A DNA stretch of 64,000 nt from Flavobacterium sp. (GTDB taxonomy: Bacteria; Bacteroidota; Bacteroidia; Flavobacteriales; Flavobacteriaceae): assembly GCF_031422135.1 (NCBI RefSeq), contig NZ_JANOQD010000014.1, positions 12,969 through 76,968 on the forward strand. Direction: 5' to 3'. Positions within the stretch are counted from its first letter, which is position 1. Every line of letters starts with the position of its first letter. The notes under the pieces were generated by a model. The model was not told the origin of the DNA, made no database searches, and saw only the letters and a program-made list of their open reading frames with translations. Shown here in pieces: positions 38,107-48,187 of the stretch. Made by a program: the position numbers and the translations under genes.

Positions 38107-38589
38107 ATGAAAGAAATAAACATTACTACACAATTGTTGGTTTTTGAATCCCTTAAAGAACTTAATCTTGATGAACAAGATTTAATGAATCAAGCCGTTG
38201 AAATTAGAAAGAAAGCCTATGCGCCCTACTCGAAGTTCAGGGTTGGCGCAGCAATATTGTTAGACAACGGAAAAATTATATTAGGCTCAAATCAAGAAAA
38301 TGCGGCCTATCCGTCAGGATTATGTGCTGAAAGAACCGCTATTTTTTATGCTGGAGCAAACTACCCAGAAGCTAAAATTCTTAAAATTGCAGTTTCTGCA
38401 ACATCAGATTTAACCCCAAATACCACACCAATTCCACCTTGCGGTTCTTGCCGACAATCCATAGCGGAATATGAGTTCAAACAAGAAGCTCCAATCGAAA
38501 TGTTTTTTATGGGAGAAGCGGGTATGATTTATAAATCAAATTCACTAAAAAATCTCCTTCCTTTTACATTTGATAAAAACTTCCTTTAA
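38107..38589 (+). CDS. cdd: Cytidine deaminase
   Basis: AYAPYSKFRVGAA, NQENAAYPSGLCAERTA, PPCGSCRQ. Confidence 0.93.
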   Translation: MKEINITTQLLVFESLKELNLDEQDLMNQAVEIRKKAYAPYSKFRVGAAILLDNGKIILGSNQENAAYPSGLCAERTAIFYAGANYPEAKILKIAVSATSDLTPNTTPIPPCGSCRQSIAEYEFKQEAPIEMFFMGEAGMIYKSNSLKNLLPFTFDKNFL

Positions 38590-38726
38590 AAAAGATAAAA
38601 ACTACTACATAAATTTTACTACTTACTCGGAATGTCTTATTTTTGCTTTTCGCAAATTTGTGTGAGGTCAATATTTTGCGTTTTAAAATACTATTCAAAC
38701 ACAAAACATTTTAGCAAGAAAAGAAA

Positions 38727-39725
38727 ATGAAAGAAATTACAAAAGAAGTTTACTTAAAGTGGTACGAAGACATGCTGCTTTGGAGAAAGTTTGAAGACAA
38801 GCTAGCAGCCCTTTATATTCAACAAAAAGTAAGAGGATTTCTTCACTTATATAACGGTCAAGAAGCAGTTTTAGCGGGTGCTTTGCACGCAATGGAATTG
38901 GGTAAAGACAAAATGATTACCGCTTATCGTAATCACGTGCAACCTATTGGAATGGGTGTGGATCCTAAAGCAGTAATGGCTGAATTACTTGGAAAAGTTA
39001 CAGGGACATCAAAAGGAATGGGTGGTTCAATGCATATTTTTTCAAAAGAAAAAGGGTTTTTTGGAGGTCACGGAATCGTTGGAGCTCAAATTCCAGTTGG
39101 TGCAGGTATGGCTTTTGCGGATCAGTATTTTGGACGCGATGGGGTTACCTTAACCTATTTTGGGGATGGAGCAGCGCGTCAAGGTTCTTTGCACGAAACA
39201 TTTAATATGGCGATGTTGTGGAAACTTCCAGTAGTTTTTATTGTAGAAAATAATGGGTACGCAATGGGAACTTCTGTAGAAAGAACTGCAAACCACACTG
39301 ATATTTGGAAATTAGGTCTTGGCTACGAAATGCCTTGTGGTCCAGTAGATGGTATGAATCCTGTGAAAGTTGCTGAGGCTATGCATGAAGCTATTAATAG
39401 AGCACGTCGGGGTGATGGTCCAACGTTTTTAGAAATGAAAACATACCGTTACAGAGGACACTCTATGTCTGATGCACAATTATATAGAACTAAAGACGAA
39501 GTAGAAGAATACAAAAAAATAGATCCTATTACACAAGTGCTTGATGTAATTATGGAAAAAAAATATGCTACAGAAGCAGAAATTGAAATTATTGATGAAA
39601 GAGTAAAAGATTTAGTAGAAGAATGTGTAAAATTCGCTGAAGAATCGCCTTTCCCAGAAGTGCAACAATTGTATGATGTGGTTTACGAACAAGAAAATTA
39701 TCCATTTATTCCTCATAGACTATAA
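38727..39725 (+). CDS. pdhA: Pyruvate dehydrogenase E1 alpha subunit
   Basis: RGFLHLYNGQEAV, GDGAARQG...ENN TPP motif, TYRYRGHSMSD. Confidence 0.96.
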   Translation: MKEITKEVYLKWYEDMLLWRKFEDKLAALYIQQKVRGFLHLYNGQEAVLAGALHAMELGKDKMITAYRNHVQPIGMGVDPKAVMAELLGKVTGTSKGMGGSMHIFSKEKGFFGGHGIVGAQIPVGAGMAFADQYFGRDGVTLTYFGDGAARQGSLHETFNMAMLWKLPVVFIVENNGYAMGTSVERTANHTDIWKLGLGYEMPCGPVDGMNPVKVAEAMHEAINRARRGDGPTFLEMKTYRYRGHSMSDAQLYRTKDEVEEYKKIDPITQVLDVIMEKKYATEAEIEIIDERVKDLVEECVKFAEESPFPEVQQLYDVVYEQENYPFIPHRL

Positions 39726-39727
39726 TT

Positions 39728-41353
39728 ATGGCAACAGTAATCACAATGCCTCGTTTGAGCGATACAATGACCGAAGGAACAGTAGCTGCTTGGTTAAAGA
39801 AAGTGGGTGACAAAATTTCTGAAGGGGATATTCTTGCTGAAATTGAAACCGATAAAGCTACTATGGAGTTTGAATCTTTCAATTCAGGAACACTTTTATA
39901 CATTGGTATTCCTGAAGGAGAGTCGGCGCCAGTAGATTCGCTTTTAGCCATTATTGGTAAAGATGGAGAAGATATTTCTGCTTTATTGAATGGAAATCCA
40001 GTTGCTGCAAAAGAAGAAGCTAAAGCTGAAATTGCTGAAGCTCCCAAAACCCAAGACTCAAAACCTGAAACCACTTTGCCAAAAGGAGTTGTAGTAGTTA
40101 CAATGCCTCGTTTAAGTGATACAATGACCGATGGAACAGTTGCGACTTGGATTAAAAAAGTAGGAGATAAAGTGGCCGAAGGAGATATTCTTGCAGAAAT
40201 TGAAACGGATAAAGCTACAATGGAATTTGAATCTTTCAATGCTGGAACTTTATTATTTATAGGAATACAAGAAGGAGAATCTGCACCTGTAGATAGCGTT
40301 TTAGCTATTATTGGACCAGATGGAACTGATATTACTGGAATTGCTGAAAATTATAAAAAAGGAGGAAATAGTGCTCCCGAAGCTTCGGGACCAGTTGCTG
40401 AAAAAGTAGTTGAAGTCGCAACACAAACTTCTAATACACAACTTCCAGTGTCTAATTCAAACGAAAGAATTTTCGCATCGCCATTAGCTAAAAAAATAGC
40501 TTCAGATAAAGGAATTAGTTTATCTCAAGTAAAAGGTTCTGGTGAAAACGGAAGAATTACAAAATCTGATGTAGAAAACTTTAATCCATCAAAAGCAAGT
40601 GCCCCAGTGCAAGCGGTTGCGGAAACAACAAATGCTGTAGTTACGGTGAAACCATTTGTTCCAGCCGGAGAAAAGTTTACAGAAGAAATTAAGAATTCGC
40701 AAATGCGAAAAATAATCGCAAAACGATTAGCAGAATCTTTGTTTACTGCGCCACATTACAACTTAGTAATCGAGGTAACAATGGACGAAGCTATGAAATC
40801 GAGAACGATTATCAATAGCATTCCTGATACAAAAGTGTCTTTTAACGATATGGTTATCAAGGCATCTGCAATGGCTTTGAAAAAACATCCAAAAATAAAC
40901 TCACAATGGAGAGAAGATTCAATTCTTATTAACCATCACGTGAATATTGGTGTTGCTGTCGCTGTTGAAGACGGTTTAGTTGTGCCAGTTTTAAACTTTA
41001 CAGACCAAATGAGTTTGTCTCAAATTGGTACTGGTGTTCGTGATTTAGCAGGTAGAGCAAAATCTAAAAAATTATTGCCTACAGAAATGGAAGGAAGTAC
41101 TTTTACTATTTCTAACCTTGGGATGTTTGGTATTACTGAATTCAATTCTATCATAAATCAACCCAATTCTGCGATACTTTCAGTTGGTGCAATTGTAGAA
41201 AAACCAGTGGTTAAAAACGGACAAATTGTAGTAGGAAATACCATGATGCTTTCTTTAGCTTGCGATCACAGAACAATTGATGGCGCAACTGGAGCTCAAT
41301 TTTTACAAACACTGAAACAATTTATTGAAAATCCGGTAACAATGCTCGCGTAA
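39728..41353 (+). CDS. pdhC: Pyruvate dehydrogenase E2 dihydrolipoamide acetyltransferase (two lipoyl domains)
   Basis: Two EIETDKATME lipoyl motifs, ASPLAKKIA E1/E3-binding domain, catalytic DHRTIDG. Confidence 0.95.
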   Translation: MATVITMPRLSDTMTEGTVAAWLKKVGDKISEGDILAEIETDKATMEFESFNSGTLLYIGIPEGESAPVDSLLAIIGKDGEDISALLNGNPVAAKEEAKAEIAEAPKTQDSKPETTLPKGVVVVTMPRLSDTMTDGTVATWIKKVGDKVAEGDILAEIETDKATMEFESFNAGTLLFIGIQEGESAPVDSVLAIIGPDGTDITGIAENYKKGGNSAPEASGPVAEKVVEVATQTSNTQLPVSNSNERIFASPLAKKIASDKGISLSQVKGSGENGRITKSDVENFNPSKASAPVQAVAETTNAVVTVKPFVPAGEKFTEEIKNSQMRKIIAKRLAESLFTAPHYNLVIEVTMDEAMKSRTIINSIPDTKVSFNDMVIKASAMALKKHPKINSQWREDSILINHHVNIGVAVAVEDGLVVPVLNFTDQMSLSQIGTGVRDLAGRAKSKKLLPTEMEGSTFTISNLGMFGITEFNSIINQPNSAILSVGAIVEKPVVKNGQIVVGNTMMLSLACDHRTIDGATGAQFLQTLKQFIENPVTMLA

Positions 41354-41376
41354 TTGTCGATAATTTTTTTAAATAT

Positions 41377-41413
41377 AAATCTCATCTTGAATTATCTTGA
41401 TGAGATTTTTTTT
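41377..41413 (+). terminator. Intrinsic terminator after pdhC
   Basis: AAATCTCATC / GATGAGATTT stem followed by a T run. Confidence 0.6.
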
Positions 41414-41435
41414 ATTTTAGCTAAAATTCATTTTT

Positions 41436-42113
41436 ATGAAAAACATAATCATTACAGGAACTTCTCGTGGAATTGGACACGAATTAGCGCTACAATTTGC
41501 CAATGCAGGACACCAAGTTTTAGCTATTTCTAGAAAAACACCTCAAGATTTATTGGGGAATCCTAATATCACATCACTTTCGATAGATTTGTCTGTTGAA
41601 AATGATTTGAAAAAAGTGAACGATTTTTTATCTTCTACTTGGAAAAATGTAGATATTGTAATTCAAAATGCGGGTTTATTGCTATTAAAACCTTTTGGTG
41701 AAACTACAGCAGAAGAATTTGAGAACATATACAAGGTGAATGTTTTTGGAGTGGCAAGTTTAACTCGAATTTGCATTCCTTATATGCAAAAAGGAAGCCA
41801 TGTCGTAACCATTAGTTCTATGGGCGGAATTCAAGGAAGTATGAAATTTTCTGGACTTTCTGCATACAGTTCAAGTAAAGGAGCCGTGATTACCTTGTCA
41901 GAACTATTAGCAGAAGAATACAAAGAACGTGGGATTGCGTTTAATGTTTTAGCATTAGGAGCTGTAAATACCGAAATGCTGCAAGAAGCTTTTCCTGGTT
42001 ATGAAGCACCACTTTCTGCAACAGAAATGGCCGATTATATTTTTAATTTTGCTCTAACGGGTAATAAATATTATAATGGGAAAGTATTGCAAGTTTCCTC
42101 AACTACACCTTAA
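41436..42113 (+). CDS. Short-chain dehydrogenase/reductase
   Basis: TGTSRGIG, NAG, YSSSKG (YxxxK). Confidence 0.9.
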   Translation: MKNIIITGTSRGIGHELALQFANAGHQVLAISRKTPQDLLGNPNITSLSIDLSVENDLKKVNDFLSSTWKNVDIVIQNAGLLLLKPFGETTAEEFENIYKVNVFGVASLTRICIPYMQKGSHVVTISSMGGIQGSMKFSGLSAYSSSKGAVITLSELLAEEYKERGIAFNVLALGAVNTEMLQEAFPGYEAPLSATEMADYIFNFALTGNKYYNGKVLQVSSTTP

Positions 42114-42153
42114 AATATTTTGTAAATTGTGATTTCAATTAAATTATATCCCT

Positions 42154-42990
42154 ATGACAAAATTAAACGCCATTCAGCTATTTGAAAACAAAAAAGTAAG
42201 AACCATTTGGGATTCCGAACAGGAAAAATGGTACATGTCTATTATTGATATAATAGAAGTTTTAACAGAAACAGATAGATCCAGAAAGTATTGGAGCGAC
42301 TTAAAAAAGAAATTAGAAAAAGAAGGAAGTCAGTTGTCCGAAAATATCGGACAACTGAAAATGCAATCTTCTGACGGAAAATTTTATAAAACAGACGTTG
42401 CTGATACCGAACAACTTTTTCGCTTAATCCAATCGATTCCTTCTCCAAAAGCAGAACCATTCAAACTTTGGTTGGCACAAATTGCGTCAGAAAGATTAGA
42501 TGAATTACAAGATCCTGAAATTACTATCGACAGAGCTTTAGAGCAATATTTGCAATTGGGTTATTCTGAAAACTGGATTAATCAACGACTAAAAAGTATC
42601 GAAATCCGCAAAGAATTAACCGATGAATGGAAGCATAGAGGGTTAAAAGAAGGGCAACAATTTGCAACACTTACCGATATAATTTCTAAAGCTTGGGCAG
42701 GAAAAACAACCAAAGAATACAAAGTTTTAAAAGGATTAAAAAAAGAAAATCTTCGTGATAACATGACTAATACCGAATTGATATTAAATATGTTAGCCGA
42801 AGCATCTGCAAAAGATATTTCACAAGCAGTAAATCCGAAAACCTTTGAAGACAGCAAAAAAGTGGCAAAACAAGGTGGAAATGTAGCTAAAGTTGCTCTT
42901 GAGGAATTGGAAGCTCAGACTGGGAAAAAAGTAGTTTCTGCTTTAAATGCAAAATCGTTATTGCAACAAAAGAAAGGTATCGATAAATAA
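42154..42990 (+). CDS. Bro-N domain protein (antirepressor-like)
   Basis: FENKKVRTIWD...WYMSIIDII...RKYWSDLKKKL...RLIQSIPSPKAEPFKLWLA. Confidence 0.85.
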   Translation: MTKLNAIQLFENKKVRTIWDSEQEKWYMSIIDIIEVLTETDRSRKYWSDLKKKLEKEGSQLSENIGQLKMQSSDGKFYKTDVADTEQLFRLIQSIPSPKAEPFKLWLAQIASERLDELQDPEITIDRALEQYLQLGYSENWINQRLKSIEIRKELTDEWKHRGLKEGQQFATLTDIISKAWAGKTTKEYKVLKGLKKENLRDNMTNTELILNMLAEASAKDISQAVNPKTFEDSKKVAKQGGNVAKVALEELEAQTGKKVVSALNAKSLLQQKKGIDK

Positions 42991-43589
42991 TGAAAACCGT
43001 TTTAGAAAAATATATTCCAGAACATTCGGTAGAACCCGTTTTTGAATTAATCAAAATTAATCAAGTGCATCTAAAAATCGTCAATGAGCGAGTGACTCGT
43101 CATGGAGATTACAGAAAAGGAATGTCAGGGAAACACGAAATCACGGTAAATACTAGTTTGAATAAATATCGTTTCTTGATGACGTTAATTCACGAAATTG
43201 CGCATTTAGTAGCTTTCGAAAAATACGGGCGAAGTATAAAACCGCACGGTGACGAGTGGAAACTCACTTTTCAACGGTTGATGGTTCCGTTTATTCGCCC
43301 AGAGATATTTCCAAGTCAATTATTACCATTGTTGGCTAGACATTTCAGAAATCCAAAAGCAAGTAGTGATACCGATGCGACTTTATCATTGGCCTTAAAA
43401 CAATTTGACCCAGAGAACGATAAAAACTATATCTTTGAAATTCCCTACGGAAGTGTGTTTCGTATTCATAACGGGAAAATTTTTAAAAAAGTAGCTGTCA
43501 GATTAAAAAGATTTGAATGTTTAGAGATGAGTTCTGGGCGGACTTATTTATTTAATCCAAATGCTGAGGTTGAGTTGTTACCTAATTAA
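42990..43589 (+). CDS. SprT-like zinc metalloprotease
   Basis: LIHEIAHL (HExxH) and PHGDEWK. Confidence 0.9.
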   Translation: MKTVLEKYIPEHSVEPVFELIKINQVHLKIVNERVTRHGDYRKGMSGKHEITVNTSLNKYRFLMTLIHEIAHLVAFEKYGRSIKPHGDEWKLTFQRLMVPFIRPEIFPSQLLPLLARHFRNPKASSDTDATLSLALKQFDPENDKNYIFEIPYGSVFRIHNGKIFKKVAVRLKRFECLEMSSGRTYLFNPNAEVELLPN

Positions 43590-43652
43590 TTTTAAATTGA
43601 TAAGAAACCTTTGTAATTCTGTTACTTTGAACCTTTGCAACTAAGAAAACAA

Positions 43653-44720
43653 ATGAATAAAAATTATTACGCAATATTAATGGCTGGTGGTGTTGGTTCT
43701 AGATTTTGGCCAGTAAGCACAACGGATTTTCCAAAACAGTTTCACGATATGCTGGGTTCTGGGGAAACCTTGATTCAAAAAACATTTTCGAGACTTTCCA
43801 AGCTAATTCCTATCGAAAATATTCTCATTTTAACCAATGAAAAATACAATCATTTGGTTTTAGAACAATTACCAATGGTAAAACAAGAGCAGGTTTTATT
43901 AGAACCTGCAATGCGTAACACAGCACCTTGTATTTTGTATGCCTCACTAAAAATTCAGAAGAAAAATCAGGATGCCATTATGGTAGTTGCTCCAAGCGAT
44001 CACTGGATCGAAAATGAGGATGAGTTTGCTGAAAACTTACAATACTGTTTTGATTTTTGTAATGAAGAAAATGTATTAATGACGCTAGGAATTCAACCTA
44101 CATTTCCAAATACAGGTTTTGGGTATATTGAATATGATAAAACGGATAATGAACCTATAAAAAAAGTTTTTCAATTTAGAGAAAAACCAGATTATGAAAC
44201 TGCAAAATCATTCCTTGACTCTGGAAATTTTCTTTGGAATGGAGGGATTTTTATTTGGAGTGTTAAATCAATTACTCAAGCATTTGAGAAATTTCAGCCT
44301 AAAATGAATGCTTTATTTCAAAAAGGGATTGAAAGTTATAATACTGATGCTGAAAAATCTTTTATAGAACAAAATTATGCACTAGCGGATAATATTTCTA
44401 TTGATTATGCCATTATGGAAAATGCAAAAAATGTATATGTTTTACCAGCTAGTTTCGATTGGAACGATCTGGGGACTTGGGGTTCACTTCACGAAAAACT
44501 AGACAAAGACCAAAATAATAATGCTGTGGTTAACGCCAAAGTTTTTTTAGAAAATGCTTCCAATAATATTATTCGTTCCGATGCTGATAAACTCATCATC
44601 ATTGACGGATTGAACGATTATATTATTGTGGATAAAGAAGGCGTACTGTTAATTTACCCAAAAAGTAAAGAACAGGATATTAAAAGCATTGTCCAAAAAT
44701 TAGAAAATCAAAAATCATAA
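43653..44720 (+). CDS. Mannose-1-phosphate guanylyltransferase
   Basis: ILMAGGVGSRFWPVS...PKQF, RNTAPCI, PSDHWI, WNDLGTW; ATG at 43653. Confidence 0.93.
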   Translation: MNKNYYAILMAGGVGSRFWPVSTTDFPKQFHDMLGSGETLIQKTFSRLSKLIPIENILILTNEKYNHLVLEQLPMVKQEQVLLEPAMRNTAPCILYASLKIQKKNQDAIMVVAPSDHWIENEDEFAENLQYCFDFCNEENVLMTLGIQPTFPNTGFGYIEYDKTDNEPIKKVFQFREKPDYETAKSFLDSGNFLWNGGIFIWSVKSITQAFEKFQPKMNALFQKGIESYNTDAEKSFIEQNYALADNISIDYAIMENAKNVYVLPASFDWNDLGTWGSLHEKLDKDQNNNAVVNAKVFLENASNNIIRSDADKLIIIDGLNDYIIVDKEGVLLIYPKSKEQDIKSIVQKLENQKS

Positions 44721-44739
44721 TAGGATATTTTTTTCGACT

Positions 44740-45507
44740 TTAAGACTTTTGGCTTAATACTGCTTCCCTTACTTTTTTAAACAATTCAGACGAATAAACA
44801 AAATCAGTTACGGCTTCGTTATCGGTTCTAAAAATTTCATCTTTGGAGCCTTCCCAAGCTTTGAGTCCGTTTTTTAGAAATACAATTTTGTCCCCAATTT
44901 CCATAACCGAGTTCATATCGTGTGTATTAATAACAGTTGTAATGTTGTATTCAGCAGTGATTTCTTGAATCAAATTGTCAATTACAATGGCTGTTTTTGG
45001 GTCTAATCCAGAGTTGGGTTCGTCACAAAACAAGTATTTTGGATTGTTTACAATAGCTCTTGCAATGGCAACCCTTTTTTGCATTCCACCCGAAATTTCG
45101 GATGGTTTTTTAGTATTTGCATTTATCAAATGAACTCTATCAATCACAAAATCAACACGCTCTTTGATTTCTGCTTTGGTTTTATTGGTAAACATTTTCA
45201 ACGGGAAACCTATATTTTCTTCCACAGTCATAGAGTCGAACAAGGCACTTCCTTGAAAAACCATTCCAATTTCTGTGCGAAGCTCTCTTTTTTCATCAGA
45301 ATTCAAATCAGAATAAATACGACCGTCAAACGATATAGTGCCACTTTCAGGAGTATGAATTCCTAACAATGACTTCAAGAAAACCGTTTTTCCAGAACCA
45401 CTCTGCCCAATGATTAGATTTGTTTTCCCAGCTTCTAATATTGTCGAAACTCCTTTTAAAACCATTTGATCTCCAAAAGATTTTTTGATGTCTTTAACTT
45501 CTATCAT
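44740..45507 (-). CDS. mlaF: MlaF-like ABC transporter ATP-binding protein
   Basis: GQSGSGKT, ISGGMQKRVAIARA, CDEPNSGLDP; adjacent to MlaE. Confidence 0.85.
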   Translation of the reverse strand: MIEVKDIKKSFGDQMVLKGVSTILEAGKTNLIIGQSGSGKTVFLKSLLGIHTPESGTISFDGRIYSDLNSDEKRELRTEIGMVFQGSALFDSMTVEENIGFPLKMFTNKTKAEIKERVDFVIDRVHLINANTKKPSEISGGMQKRVAIARAIVNNPKYLFCDEPNSGLDPKTAIVIDNLIQEITAEYNITTVINTHDMNSVMEIGDKIVFLKNGLKAWEGSKDEIFRTDNEAVTDFVYSSELFKKVREAVLSQKS

Positions 45508-45510
45508 AAT

Positions 45511-46260
45511 CTAATTGGTTAAAAGTAGTTGTGTTAAAATATAATTCACTAAAATAATCACTACCGAAGTCCATACAAACGCAACTGTACTGGCTTTACC
45601 TACTTCTAGTGCACCACCTTTCATATAAAAACCGTGAAAACTTGGAATGGTTGCTAAAATTATTGCAAAACAAAGTGTTTTTATAAAAGCATACGCCACG
45701 TGAAACGGTATAAATTCTACTTGTAAGCCATTTATAAATTCATCTGAAGAAGCAAATCCGCCATATACGGCAGCTAGCCAACCTCCAAAAATTCCTAAAA
45801 ACATAGCTATTCCTATTATAAATGGATACAAAAGTAAGGCGATTAATTTTGGAAAAACCAGATAGTTCAAGGAATTCACACCCATTACTTCCAAGGCATC
45901 AATCTGTTCGGTAACACGCATTGTTCCTATACTTGAGGTAATAAACGAACCCATTTTTCCAGCCATAATTATCGAAATGAATGTGGGAGCAAATTCTAAT
46001 ATTACAGATTGCCTTGTGGCAAAACCTATTAAATATTTAGGAATTAAAGGATTAGTCAAGTTTAACGCTGTTTGAATCGCCACAACACCACCAACGAAAA
46101 AGGAAATGAAAGCTACAATGCCAAGGGAATCGATTATCAAATCATCGACTTCTTTGAAAATTAAAGTTCGCATCACGGACCATTTGGTTGGCTTTTTGAA
46201 GATTTCTCGTATCATTAAAAAATATCTTCCGATTTGCGATAAGTAACGAATTAACATCAT
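45511..46260 (-). CDS. mlaE: MlaE-family ABC permease
   Basis: ITSSIGTMRVTEQIDALEVMG motif; likely start at ATG 46260. Confidence 0.88.
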   Translation of the reverse strand: MMLIRYLSQIGRYFLMIREIFKKPTKWSVMRTLIFKEVDDLIIDSLGIVAFISFFVGGVVAIQTALNLTNPLIPKYLIGFATRQSVILEFAPTFISIIMAGKMGSFITSSIGTMRVTEQIDALEVMGVNSLNYLVFPKLIALLLYPFIIGIAMFLGIFGGWLAAVYGGFASSDEFINGLQVEFIPFHVAYAFIKTLCFAIILATIPSFHGFYMKGGALEVGKASTVAFVWTSVVIILVNYILTQLLLTN

Positions 46261-46389
46261 AGGGTTTAAAATATTTTCAAAAATACGAAAATTGTTAAGA
46301 CTTAATAAATAATACAGCAACCTTTCTGAAATTTGAGAAATATAATGTGGTAAAAAAATAAATGTATTGTTGAGAAACTCAAATATAAG

Positions 46390-47145
46390 CTATTTAGCTA
46401 CTGAAGGCAAAGCTTCTAAAGCCGTTTTTTTGTATTCTTCTTTTTTTGTGAAATAAAAATCCATAACCCCCATAATATTTTTCTCATCCACAATGAGTTT
46501 AGATTTAGGGTCAGCAGTACAAAATTCAAGAAAAAGGGCCACTTCGTCCTCATGCAGTTCCAGCGTTTTAGTAAAAAAACTTTCGCTAAATGTATTTGTA
46601 GAAAATTCTTTAAAGTCAATTTCCTTAACTTTCTTCTTATCATACCCTTTTTTGTTTTTAAAAAGTTTGATAAGTTCTTTTCCCATTCTCATAAAATCCA
46701 TTCCATTTTCAATGGATCCATCATATATTAATCTGTTTTTAGGAGAGGAATACTTGTCATCAAAATACTGACCATCTACATATTTTTGTGTATTCTGCGA
46801 TACAGGTGAAAGCCTATTTTTTTTAATAATAACTTCTTTTAGAGCGATTGTTTTTTTAGTCAAAGAGATAACCAAATTATTTTTATTTATATCTTCTTGG
46901 CTCAATTGGATTCTATGATATTCATAATTGTCCGCAATAAAAACCAAGACATCACCTGCTTTGGCAAGAATAGAAAACTCCCCTTTATCATTCGTAGCCA
47001 TAAATTCCTTAGAATCAGGATTTATAATATCAGCTACAACAAGCAAATTCTTGCAAACAACTTTGCCTATGATACGTTTTTTTGCTTGCGAAAAAGTACA
47101 TTGACATATAAAAAGAAGGAGTACAACTACTAGTTTGATTTTCAT
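46390..47145 (-). CDS. Secreted hypothetical protein with carboxypeptidase-regulatory-like N-terminal domain
   Basis: Signal peptide; TNDKGEFSILAKAGDVLVF; LKEVII. Confidence 0.65.
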   Translation of the reverse strand: MKIKLVVVLLLFICQCTFSQAKKRIIGKVVCKNLLVVADIINPDSKEFMATNDKGEFSILAKAGDVLVFIADNYEYHRIQLSQEDINKNNLVISLTKKTIALKEVIIKKNRLSPVSQNTQKYVDGQYFDDKYSSPKNRLIYDGSIENGMDFMRMGKELIKLFKNKKGYDKKKVKEIDFKEFSTNTFSESFFTKTLELHEDEVALFLEFCTADPKSKLIVDEKNIMGVMDFYFTKKEEYKKTALEALPSVAK

Positions 47146-47277
47146 AAAAGGAGTTAAATCTTGAAAGTAAAGGTAACAAATGTTGTCACATTGTTTTTGT
47201 AAGGAAGTTGTAACCTTTTGTTAATTCTTTTTTACGAGTTCGGTTTATGGTTTTGAATGTTCAGTAATAATCATTGA

Positions 47278-48129
47278 TTACTTAAATATTTTAGCCTTCA
47301 TTTTCTTCCAACGGTAATTTCTTATAAATTGGGCTTGTTCTATGGTTACCAATAAAGATTTTTTTTCTGATTTTGCTTTCCAAAATCCTTTCATATAATC
47401 TAAAAACAAAAGAGGTTTCTTTTTCATCATCGCTAGTTTTACCGAAGCAATTGCGGTAATAAAAAAGCCATAACCTAATGTGTAAAATGCTTCGCCTTGT
47501 TTGTAACGAGCCGTTTTGTTATAGTTTGCACCAGTTGGTTTCAAGTGTTTTACTTTCAGGCTTTCATCGGTTAGTACTTTCCAATTGTAAAACTTACACA
47601 ATAATTCATCAACCGTATCCCAACCCATTGCTGGTTTGAGTCCGCCAATATCTTGAAAACATTTTTTGCGATAGGCTTTAAAAGCACCTCGAATATGATC
47701 TTTATCGGTTAAATTTTCTAGAATCCAATCGTCGTTTTTTTCGATGTAAGCAAAACCGCCAACCATTCCGACACTTTCATCGGATTTAAAATGTTTTATT
47801 ATCGTTTCAAAATAATTTTTTGGAAAAATCAAGTCAGCATCGGCTTTAACAATGAAATCATAATCTTCACCCAAAGTTTCTAATCCCTTATGGAAAGCCT
47901 GAATTACTTTGCTTCCTGGTAGATGTATCGCTTCTGAAGTTGTAGTAATTACAGTCATAAACGGATATTTTTTGGCAAATTCTAAGGCGATTTTACCGGT
48001 ATTGTCTGTAGAATTATCATTAACTACAATAACTTTAGAAGGTAAAACCGATTGATTTACCAATGATTCAAGTGTACGAGAAATAAATTTTTCTTCGTTA
48101 TGCGCTGGAATTATAATATAATAGTTCAT
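47278..48129 (-). CDS. Glycosyltransferase family 2
   Basis: IIIPAHNEE, VVNDNSTD, KADAD; likely start 48129. Confidence 0.9.
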   Translation of the reverse strand: MNYYIIIPAHNEEKFISRTLESLVNQSVLPSKVIVVNDNSTDNTGKIALEFAKKYPFMTVITTTSEAIHLPGSKVIQAFHKGLETLGEDYDFIVKADADLIFPKNYFETIIKHFKSDESVGMVGGFAYIEKNDDWILENLTDKDHIRGAFKAYRKKCFQDIGGLKPAMGWDTVDELLCKFYNWKVLTDESLKVKHLKPTGANYNKTARYKQGEAFYTLGYGFFITAIASVKLAMMKKKPLLFLDYMKGFWKAKSEKKSLLVTIEQAQFIRNYRWKKMKAKIFK

Positions 48130-48187
48130 TGTATGTAGTAAGTTGTACAAATATCTTTATTTTTGTGGAATTAGAAAGCTAATTCCT

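Noticed and set aside
39728-40320. Internal DNA duplication in pdhC
   Set aside because: It is the normal pair of lipoyl domains of the E2 subunit.
38727-41353. pdhB missing between pdhA and pdhC
   Set aside because: A split pdh arrangement is usual in Flavobacteriaceae, and pdhA and pdhC are adjacent and intact, so there is no sign of a deletion.
48143-48187. N-terminal extension MYKYLYFCG... of the 389-aa ORF (similar over-extensions at 46320, 48150, 55016, 60313 and 22304)
   Set aside because: The extensions cross promoter-like TAnnTTTG sequence or overlap neighbouring genes; downstream starts fit the families better.
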